Source of the DNA: Octopus sinensis
Lineage: Eukaryota
Length of the DNA: 64,000 bases
Assembly (NCBI RefSeq): GCF_006345805.1
Contig: NC_042999.1
Coordinates: 150,412,001 to 150,476,000, forward strand
Direction of reading: 5' to 3'
Each line of letters opens with the position of its first letter. The first letter of the stretch is position 1. Made by a program: the position numbers and the translations under genes. The notes beneath the pieces were generated by a model. It was not told the origin of the DNA and made no database searches. It saw only the letters and a program-made list of their open reading frames with translations. Below are positions 25,545 to 36,926 of this stretch, one piece after another.

Positions 25545-26932
25545 ATTCCTTCGTAATACAGTATAGATAAAAATGCACCGGAATCTTTATTCATCTGTCA
25601 AGTCACAACAAGGACCTCAGACAGATAATACTTTACTGAAGATGCGCGCTGTGCTCAATAAGGCTGCTTTTTTGCTAGACATCAATCTTGTACGGGATTA
25701 CCAGTTGCCTTAAGAAGTCTTGAAGTTTCAATGGGATTGAGCCCAACGCTCCGATCACCACTGATATCACTTTTACACTATCCTCTCGCATTCCATACAG
25801 TCTTGCCATTTCCACTTTCAATTCGGACTACTTGGTGATATTTTTCAACCTTTTTACTCACAACATTCATGTCATTTGGTATGGCTACATCAATGATCTG
25901 ACAGTATTTGTCTCTCTTATTCAATATGACAATATCCGGTCTACGCTGTTCGATTACACAATCCGTCTGAAAATCATAGTCCCAGAGTATTGTTACTTTT
26001 CCACCCTCCTGCATAACTTTAATTGGTACATGCTCATACCAATTCTCTGTTACTTCATATTGGTGTTTACGACATAAAAGCTAATAAAGATTCACACACA
26101 CCTTATCGTGGCAGCGCTTGTATTCTTTTTGTGCAAGGCTCTCACATTCACTTACCAAGTGGGTGACATTTTCCGCACTCTTTCCACAGAGTCTACATTT
26201 CTGGGTGTCAGAAGTTTTATAGATGTTATACTTCACTGAATTGGTAGCGAGAGCCTAGTCTTGTGCATCAATGATCAGGCTTTCGGTGGTACGCTTCAAA
26301 TCACCTCGCTCAAGCCATGCCCACGATGCTGTATTATCCTTAACGTCCAGAATATTCCTTTGAAACTGTCCATGCATTCTCTTTCCAAGAAGGTCTTCTT
26401 TTCTCTTCTTCTCAGCTATTTAGTTAAACTCTTCCTTGCCCATCATTTCATCTGCATTTACATCCATATCTTTCGCGGCATATTGCAGCAGGTCTTCATC
26501 ACTATTTATCAAATACTCAGCAAGCGTTCTCTTTTCAATCCTTATACAATGGTCTATAACAATTTTTCTTTTCATATACAGTCTGTTTACGTTTGCTTTA
26601 GGGTGTAATGCCCCATGCAGCGGCATCAACTTTCTCGTCCTTCTATCCAGTGTTGATATTTCCTCCTTAGTCCATTTGAGGATGGACGCACTATATTTGA
26701 CCACTGCAACTGCCCAGATATTCATTGCGGTAATCAAATTTTTGGCATTCAGGTTAGATTTCAACACCATCTTCACCCTTTTGTGATAGGCCTCGCTGAC
26801 CTTGACTTTCATTTCTCTATGTAGAATATCATACAGCTCCAAAATCCCCAAATATCTATACCGACTACCGTCGGGTTCACCCATGGATTCTCCTGGTGGT
26901 AACCTCAATTCTCTGCAGGTTACTTTCTTCCC
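25545..26932 (-). mobile_element. 5'-truncated R4/Dong-type non-LTR retrotransposon (end of RT plus RLE)
   Basis: YRYLGILE, AMNIWAVAVVKYSA, LDRRTRKLM..HGALHPKANVNRLYMKRK and KVTILWDYDFQTD..IEQRRPDIVIL..CQIIDVAIPND. (TAA)n lies at both ends. Confidence 0.85.
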
Positions 26933-27132
<200 letters not shown>

Positions 27133-27134
27133 AT

Positions 27135-27485
27135 ATAGAGAGGTCGAGGTTTGATCCATCTTGAACTTATGTACAAAACCACCACAATTGGACTGGCCAA
27201 ATACCTTGAAACAACCAACGATTGGATGCTAAAACTTGTTGAAAAATATGAAAGACCGAAAAAACTTCACTCTATTCTGAAAGAGCAAAAAATTCACTAC
27301 TGATCTCTTAGATACCTACCAGATTGATCAGGTTGAAGGAAATGCGCCAACTGCTGCTGCAAAGAAAATAAAATTTATTGCAAAGACAAAAGTGCATGAA
27401 AAATTAGCTAGCAGATGGGAACAGAAACTTCTGCATGGCAAGTATGTGGTCCGTAGGAAATCAGCTGATGTCGACCAGAGTACAA
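27135..27485 (+). mobile_element. R4/Dong-type fragment in the opposite orientation
   Basis: LELMYKTTTIGLAKYLETTNDWMLKLV and KLASRWEQKLLHGKY...DVDQ. This is the segment that normally precedes THQWLRSSGLK, which is seen at ~55530. Confidence 0.7.
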
Positions 27486-27876
27486 ATTTATTATTCTTAA
27501 ACAAGAATTTTGTTGACAGTGACTTCGAGGTTTCAGCCAGCTTACCTATCGTCGGAGTGCCCATTGTTGCCAAAGTGAAGCGATTTTCTTGCTTGTAGTA
27601 TTGTTTCTATACCGATGTCGTTTACTGTCGTTATGATTTTTGCGAAGTTCAAAGCAGCTATAGGGATATAACTGGCCGAAACTTCGAAGCCACTGCCAAC
27701 ACCATTCTCAGCCTTGGCAGAGAACAGCATTTTTAGACAGTCATCGTCATGTCCAAGTGAAAATTGAAAAAGGTAGTGAGGCCTTGGCCGAAGAGGAAAG
27801 TGTCTGTGTTCAAGTCTTTTAAGTTTCGTCTACCACACAACTGCTTTCACCATAACTACTCAACAGAAGAAAATTG

Positions 27877-28299
27877 GGATCTTTTCGGTTTGAACGGCAG
27901 TTTTTTCTAGCGGTGTCATATGAAATTGTCACCCATAATTATGACCCTAGTATCGATCTATTGCATTTCAATCTGTTTTAGGGTTAGGGTTAGGGTTAGG
28001 GGTGGGGGGAAGGATATCTTTTTTCTTCACAAATGTAAATAAACCCAATCTGTTTCTTAAACAAGGGACATATTCACACGGCACAGAATGTTTTTTTACC
28101 TCAATAGACGCCAGTGATTGGTTGAAATTGCACTAATTGAAGAAAAATAACGACAAATATCTTACAAACAATAGAATTTTCTCAATAAAGCCAAGAGAAA
28201 AAGATGTTTTATAAACACATTCTACCAGTATACGAAGTTTAAAATTTTTTAGTTACCTAGAAATTATGTTAAAAACTGCCGTTCAAACCGAAAAGATCC
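27877..28299. mobile_element. 423-bp MITE, 28-bp TIR starting GGATC, 8-bp TSD GAAAATTG, internal (TTAGGG)4 (Merlin-like by termini)
   Basis: TIR GGATCTTTTCGGTTTGAACGGCAGTTTT. TSD at 27869-27876 and 28300-28307. (TTAGGG)4 at 27978-28001. Confidence 0.9.
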
Positions 28300-29705
28300 G
28301 AAAATTGCTTCTCCTTCTTGGTAAAAAAAAATTACAGGATAGACTTGGCCGTTAGCTCAGTCCGTCCGAATCGAGACTTCAATTATTTGACATCATAAAT
28401 TAGTAATGCTCAACACCGAAACAAAAACAAAAGCAAAAATTACATGAAAAACGGTTTTATCACTCGGTACTCACTTCGGCACTTCCGTGATTTGTAGGAT
28501 TTGATTTGAATGGGGAATTTCTATTGCTAACATTGACAAACCAGAGATTTCTGGAAATTAGCCATTGTTATTGAGCCGACAGCTCTCGGGAACACCTAAA
28601 TTCGTCTTTCTAAAAATAGCAAAAAATGAAAGAAATTATGCTGTAAGGTGTCCAGTAATTATAACCAACACTACATCTTATTAATGGCATTTTATTATCC
28701 ACAATATGTTGTTGAAATAACATAGATATCTGTGTGTGGAGATGCGGTGAAAATTTAGGACAAAGGAAATAGAGCGGACTAAACTTTCGAATACAAACGA
28801 AACAAAACGGAACGATACTAATAAGGTGAGGTGATATTGAAAAGACTTCTTCCGCTCCCATTTTCTCGCTAATTATTGTTTTCTTAATTTTTTTTTACCA
28901 AAAACCTACGTTTTCGGAAACGGAGATTCGGGAAAATTGCAAAAAAAAAAAAAAGGAATTTTGAATTTTTTGCATCCCCTACTCCCCCCAATCTCTTCAT
29001 TTTTCCCTTTTTTCCGTAACCCTAACCCTAAAACACTGGCAATTTTTTTCAGAATCATAATCTCCGTATTTTTCTGTACATTTTGAAAAAAAAAATTCTG
29101 AAAAAAGTTAAAAAGGAAGAATTTAGGTAGTGGTGGGTAATTTCAAAGTGCCGATTTTGGCCAATTTTTTTTTGCAAATTCGTATTCTCCGTAGCCGAAA
29201 ACGGGGGTTTGTGTAGAAAAAATATTTAAATAAAAGGTGTGTTTTGGGGGAATACAAAAGGAAGTCTTGCCGTGATAATTATTGTTGAACGTCTTATATA
29301 AGATTATTAACTTATGAATATATTATTTAAAGAGCATTCATACGAAAATAAAGAACGATCAAACATTCGGAGCTAACAACATAATGCAAAAGAAAACGAA
29401 CTCTGAATACAAAACTAGATAAAACGTGACGTATAAGCAAAGGGCATAACCAGGTTCTAAATTTAGTAGGAGAAAAAAGGCGCCGTTACACATACCAAAC
29501 TATTTTTAGCTCATTTCTCTTTTATTGTTTGAAATATTTCATTAATTATAATATATGCAATTGTATTCTACATTCATTAATTTCATGCTCTAATAACATT
29601 GTCATTATGTGTGAAACTTACCGCTACTGATTATAGGTGAGGCGTGAAAAAGCTGAAACTCCAGTGTTGCTCAGTGTCGAGAAGTTACGACGTCAATGTT
29701 TGTTT

Positions 29706-30117
29706 GGATCTTTTCGGTTTGACAGGCAGTTTTTAACATAATTTCTAGGCAACTAAACCCTTTTGAACTTCGTATACTGGTAGAATGTGTTTATAAAACA
29801 TCTTTTCCTCTTGGCTTTATTGAGAAAATTCTATTGTTTGTAAGATATTTGTCGTTGTTTTTTTCTTCAATTTCTGCAATTTCAACCAATCAATGACGTC
29901 TATTGAGGTGAAAACATTCTGTGCCGTATGAATATGTCCCTCGTTTAAGAAACAGATTGGGTTTATTTACATTTGTGAAGAAAAAAAGATACCCTTCCCC
30001 CCACCCCTAACCCTAAAACAGATTGAAATGCAATAGATCGATACTAGGGTCATAATTATGGGTGACAATTTCATATGACACCGCTAGAAAAAACTGCCGT
30101 CCAAACCGAAAAGGTCC
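29706..30117. mobile_element. Same MITE family, reverse orientation, (CCCTAA)2, flanked by a 48-bp direct duplication
   Basis: TIRs at 29706 and 30117. Duplication at 29658-29705 and 30119-30166 with 2 mismatches. Confidence 0.85.
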
Positions 30118-31348
30118 CACTCCAGTGTTGCTCTGTGTCGAGAAGTTACGACGTCAAGGTTTGTTTGGTTTGGTTTCTTCAGATGAAAGCCACCACCAAC
30201 ACATCACAAGAAACTGAGTACACAGTTAAAAAATGATGACTCCAGAAAGTTCTTACAAGGTCAAGCGATTAACCAAAAAAGTATGACAACTTAGAAACTG
30301 TCTCGTCCCACACTTTCTCGCTTTAATTAGCTCAACTTCTTTTCTCTGCAACATTACCTTATCTCTCTATATGGCGGAATTTGAACTCAGTCGTTACGTT
30401 CTGAGTTCAAATTCCGCCGAGGTCGACTTTGCCTTTCATCCTTTCTGGGTCGATAAACAAAGTACCAGTTTCGCACTGGGGTCGATGTAATCGACTTAAT
30501 CCCTTTGTCTGTCCTTGTTTGTCCCCTCTATGTTTAGCCCCTTGTGGGCAGTAAAGAAATATATACTACTACGAGATCGTGTACACACATTTACAGGCCG
30601 AAGTTAACTCTTTATCCTTGCATGCTTTACGAACTATTACACTGGCCTACCAGACGTTCCACCATAACAGGCATCGATTACAATTGGTGACCCCCGAGTT
30701 AAAGACGTGCGGCCTTCACCTTCACCATCGCATGAACAGTTGTCAAATCCATCGATTACACTGGTGACCCCGTCTAAAAACAATTACTATTTCCTTCTAA
30801 TGCTACATGCCACACTGCATTTTACTGACTTCGAACTAAAGAACAAGTCTTCATATCAACAGACGCTAAACCAGAGGAAACGAATGACAACCTTTGTCAC
30901 CACCAGGATGCACCTTCGTTCCACTTTGTTACTGTACGCGTAACAGAAAGCACTATACTGCGATGCAATCTACGATAAACTTCACAACAATGCAACAGTA
31001 CCGACGCACAAGGAATTCGCCGATTATGGAAGGCAATAAATGCATCATTTCGAAAGCTACATCCGCAGAAACTAACTGGAAGAAAGCGCGGAAGCCCGCG
31101 CATGCAATCTTTTCGGCTCACACATGCTTTTCCTCTCGTGTCAACGTACAGATCCTGCATTGTCTACGAACTTTTGCATGTATTTAAGACTCTCACATAG
31201 ACTTTCAACAACTCTTTTTCTTTGCATGCATATCTTCTTTTCACTTTCAGCAGTAGACTTTTAACAAAGGACACTATTTTCAACTAAGTTTGTCATTCTT
31301 GCTTATTTTATTCTGTTCTGTTTGCACTGCATACTTTCATTTGTTTAC

Positions 31349-31860
31349 GAGTTACACATATTCCGCGATGCACACTTTCCGCGATGCACATATTCCGCGA
31401 TGCACATATTCCATGATGCACATATTCCGCGAAGCATATAATCCGCGATGCACAAATACCGCGAAGCATATAATCCGCGATGCACATATTCCGCGAAGCA
31501 TATAATCCGCGATGCACATATTCCGCGAAGCATATAATCCGCGATGCACATATTCCGCGATGCACATATTCCATGATGCACATATTCCGCGATGCACATA
31601 TTCCATGATGCACATATTCAGCGAAGCATATAATCCGCGATGCACATATTCCGCGAAGCATATAATCCGCGATGCACAAATACCGCGAAGCATATAATCT
31701 GCGATGCACATATTCCGCGAAGCATATAATCCGCGATGCACATATTCCGCGATGCACATATTCCATGATGCACATATTCCGCGAAGCATATAATCCGCGA
31801 TGCACATATTCCGCGAAGCATATAATCCGCGATGCACATATTCAGCGATGGACAAATACC
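31349..31860. repeat. 16-bp minisatellite, 32 units of interspersed variants
   Basis: Units are GCGATGCACATATTCC, GCGAAGCATATAATCC, ATGATGCACATATTCC and GCGATGCACAAATACC. Confidence 0.95.
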
Positions 31861-32269
31861 GCGACCACGTGTTTCACTAAAACAACTAAATTCATGTGCA
31901 TATCTTTTTGAATGTTCTATATCATAATTCATATTTTGCATGTACATTTTTTTTCGTTCGCTTTGAAAATGTTTGTATTGTTACATACGCATATGCATAC
32001 ACCTTTCCTCGGCGCTTGGCCTTGCGCACGCATCTGCACACATTGTTCATACACACATACGTGTTGACACTGTCACATTCATTCATCACACATGCCTTTC
32101 TCGTTTGTTTTTCATGTTCCCTGCGCCCTTGTAGATACAACTCGCCTCTGTAAGACCCTAGATCGGTCACGTATACATAGAGAAAGTTGTTTGTCCTTTA
32201 CAACGCGCCAGCAAACCACACTTTTGCTCCTGCACATTCAAAGCATTTAATACCGCATGCATTCGGCTG

Positions 32270-33094
32270 GCATATTCAACACTGCCTTAATCACTGGCAT
32301 ATTCAACACTGCCTTAATCACTAGCATATTCAACACTGCCTTAATCACTAGCATATTCAACACTGCCTTAATCACTAGCATATTCAACACTGCCTTAATC
32401 ACTGGCATATTCAACACTGCCTTAATCACTAGCATATTCAACACTGCCTTAATCACTAGCATATTCAACACTGCCTTAATCACTAGCATATTCAACACTG
32501 CCTTAATCACTAGCATATTCAACACTGCCTTAATCACTGGCATATTCAACACTGCCTTAATCACTAGCATATTCAACACTGCCTTAATCACTAGCATATT
32601 CAACACTGCCTTAATCACTGGCATATTCAACACTGCCTTAATCACTAGCATATTCAACACTGCCTTAATCACTAGCATATTCAACACTGCCTTAATCACT
32701 AGCATATTCAACACTGCCTTAATCACTAGCATATTCAACACTGCCTTAATCACTAGCATATTCAACACTGCCTTAATCACTGGCATATTCGACACTGCCT
32801 TAATCACTAGCATATTCAACACTGCCTTAATCACTAGCATATTCAACACTGCCTTAATCACTAGCATATTCAACACTGCCTTAATCACTAGCATATTCAA
32901 CACTGCCTTAATCACTAGCATATTCAACACTGCCTTAATCACTGGCATATTCGACACTGCCTTAATCACTAGCATATTCAACACTGCCTTAATCACTAGC
33001 ATATTCAACACTGCCTTAATCACTAGCATATTCAACACTGCCTTAATCACTAGCATATTCAACACTGCCTTAATCACTGGCATATTCGACACTG
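32270..33094. repeat. 27-bp minisatellite, 30 full units plus a partial unit, near-perfect
   Basis: Unit GCATATTCAACACTGCCTTAATCACT(A/G). Confidence 0.97.
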
Positions 33095-33294
33095 TTTTGT
33101 AATCGCTGCACTAGCATATTACCTCAGCCATAGGGCATCCATTTGCACACACACACACACACATCAACTCTATTATGCCTCAATTTTTAGGTGTTTTTGC
33201 TGCCACAAAGGCGACAGCGCGGTCTTCTGCCTTCAACGGCTACATGTAAGGTGGCCACACGTAAGGATAGACAGACAGACAACGGCCACATGTA

Positions 33295-33660
<366 letters not shown>

Positions 33661-34126
33661 AAGAAGGAAAGAAAAAAGATAGATATGAATGGATGTTTGT
33701 GCCTGCGCGTGCAAATGTGTAAGTTTCAAGCTTCTGTTATCAAAGACGATTGCGCACGCGTAAGAGACTAGCGGTCAGCATAAAAAGAGCGAAACGATGT
33801 CTGTCACCAAGTATTGATATCGCTAACTGAACCAATCAATAAAAGAAGTGTTTTTGCACAAATTTTCATGTCAGCAATTGAGATGCTAAGCCTCATGTCA
33901 ACAGACTTTGAAAATTTCTCTCATATATTTACATTTCGCGTATTGAATTGCGTTGTCAGAAGTTTACTCTTGCCTTAAATGAATACCTGTAGTTGTGATG
34001 GTGATGGTTTGTTGTAGTCATTGGTAGATGAAGTAGGAGTAATCATTGTTGTGGTAACAGTATCGTAACACCTTAACTGTTGCTAGGTTCTGGATCTGTT
34101 TTATTGATTAAAGAAAATGGTGAATG

Positions 34127-35071
34127 TTAGCGTGCCGGGCGAAATGCTTAGCGGTTTTTTGTCTGCCGTTACGTTGTGAGTTCAAATTCCGCCGAGGTCA
34201 ACTTTGCCTTTCATCCTTTCGGGGTCGATTAAATAAGTACCAGTTACGCAGTGGGGTCGATGTAATCGACTTAATACCTATGTCTGTCCTTATTTGTCCC
34301 CTCTGTGTTTAGCTCCTTGTGGGTAATAAAGAAATAGGTATTTCGTCTGCCGTTACGTTCTGAGTTCAAATTCCGCCGAGGTCAACTTTGCCTTTCATCC
34401 TTTTGGGGTCGATTAAATAAGTACCAGTTACGCACTGGGGTCGATGTAACCGACTTAATACCTATGTCTGTCCTTGTTTGTCCCTTCTGTGTTTAGCTCC
34501 TTGTGGGTAGTAAAGAAATAGGTATTTCGTCTGCCGTTACGTTCTGAGTTCAAATTCCGCCGAGGTCAACTTTGCCTTTCATCCTTTCGGGGTCGATAAA
34601 TTAAGTACCAGTTACGAACTGGGGTCGATGTAATCGACTTAATACCTATGTCTGTCCTTGTTTGTTCCCTCTGTGTTTAGCCCCTTGTGGGTAGTAAAGA
34701 AATAGGTATTTCGTCTGCCGTTACGTTCTGAGTTCAAATTCCGCCGAGGTCAACTTTGCATTTCATCCTTTCGAGGTCGATAAATTAAGTACCAGTTACG
34801 AACTGGGGTCGATGTAATCGACTTAATACCTATGTCTGTCCTTGTTTGTTCCCTCTGTGTTTAGCCCCTTGTGGGTAGTAAAGAAATAGGTATTTCGTCT
34901 GCCGTTACGTTCTGAGTTCAAATTCCGCCGAGGTCAACTTTGCCTTTCATCCTTTCGGGGTCGATAAATTAAGTACCAGTTACGCACTGGGGTCGATATA
35001 GTTGACTTAATCCGTTTGTCTGTCCTTATTTGTCCCCTCTGTGTGTAGCCCCTTGTGGGCAGTAAAGAAAT
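34127..35071 (+). mobile_element. tRNA-SINE concatemer: truncated head plus five 184-bp modules, 16-bp TSD
   Basis: Module starts at ~34154, 34338, 34522, 34706 and 34890. TSD AAGAAAATGGTGAATG at 34111-34126 and 35072-35087. Confidence 0.9.
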
Positions 35072-36840
35072 AAGAAAATGGTGAATGGGTCGACCAGTCT
35101 CGTAGCCCATAGAAGAGGTTAAAGTGTAGATTTAACTTCAGCAATAACTTAGGTGTTAACTATGAAAAAGAAAGAAAAATGAGGTAAAATGTGGTAAAAT
35201 ATCCAGAGAATGTTCTGCATGAAAACTAAATGGTAAAGTCGGAGCTAGCATAAAATGATGTAACGAGTAATTTCAAATAATTAAAATTGCACTCTAACGA
35301 GGAAAATATATCCTTCTCTACTCTAGGCACAAAGCCCGAAATTTTGGGGGAGGGGACCAGTCGATTAGATCGACACCAGTACGCAACTGGTACTTAATTT
35401 ATCGACCCCCGACAGGATGAAAGGCAAAGTCGACCTCGGCGGAATTTGAACTCAGAACGTAAAGACAGACGAAATACCTATTTCTTTATTACCCACAAGG
35501 GGCTAAACACAGAGGAGACAAACAAGGACAGACAGACGGATTAAGTCGATTATATCGACCCCAATGCGTAACTGGTACTTATTTAATCGACCCCGAAAGG
35601 ATGAAAGGCAAAGTCGACCCCGGCTGAATTTGAACTCAGAACGTAAAGACGGACGAAATACCGCTAAGCATTTCGCCCGGGTTGCTAACGTTTCTGCCAG
35701 CTCGCTGCCATGAAATAGAACAGACGAAATACCTATTTCTTTACTACCCATAAGGGGCTAAACACAGAAGGGACAAACAAAGACAGATATAGGTATTAAG
35801 TCGATTACATCGACACCAGTGCGTAACTGGTACTTAATTTATCAACCCAGAAAGGATGAAAGGCAAAGTCGACCTCGGCGGAATTTGAACTCAGAACGTA
35901 AAGACAGACGAAATACCACTAAGCATTTCACCCAGTGTGCTAACACACGATGAAAATATATCATGAGCGTATTGATCTGTTGTGGTCAAGGATGTTAAGG
36001 AAGAAAAGCTTTAAATATTTTTTAAATTTCATCTATCTATCTATCCATCTGAAGTGAGAATTATCAACAACCACCTGAATGTCGCGATTTGCTGGAATGT
36101 TACCCGCATGATCAGCGAATCTGGCCAATCGCACATTTAGTCATGCCAATTGACTATATCCTATTATTTGGATAACTCCAATTTTTTCTAGTCTCTCTAA
36201 CTCTAAGTTTGTCTGTTAATACGCTGTGAACGGTTCATTTCCTTTTTTGTTTAAATGCTGGTATGGCGTCATCTTTGATTTGAAACTTCGCCTTTGTTTT
36301 GGTGCACAGACCTAATTCATCAGACAGAACTTCAGGAAATTAAAAAAATTTTTTGTTTATTTATTTATTTTGTCTGATCACTTACTTGTACTGGCGGAAA
36401 AATCACATTTTTAGAGAAAAGATTTGAAGAGATCTCATAAGCTAAATAATTCCATTCAGTCTAATTTCTGATGGAGTCATGCCTTTCAAATGAAGGTACT
36501 TTATAACAGTACGATACTCAGTTTTCTCCATTTTTTTTTTTTTTGTAATCTCGACCCTTTTTTATTAAAAAATCTGCGACCAAATAATTTAAAATACCAG
36601 AATCATGAAAATGAGCAAGAATACTCTGAGAAGACTGTAGTTATCAGAAAAATTGTTTCAGCTATCTAGCAGCCCCGTTTCTAGGTTAGGCTCAAAAAAT
36701 TTCATTCACCCTTCGTAGCTGTAATCGAGCGAGATTATTTCATGTCAAGGAAAACCGTAGATGTTTATTTGAATATCTACTATCAATATAGTATGAGATA
36801 GTATTTTTCGGCTGTCTCCCCCCCCTCTCTCTCTCTCTCT

Positions 36841-36926
<86 letters not shown>

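Noticed and set aside
27978-28001. True telomere or chromosome-fusion scar
   Set aside because: Only four units are present, and they are internal to a multi-copy MITE.
31308-33102. Long ORFs of 165-281 aa as genes, and the arrays as CRISPR
   Set aside because: They are translations of 16-bp and 27-bp tandem repeats with no spacers, no splice context and no synonymous-site bias.
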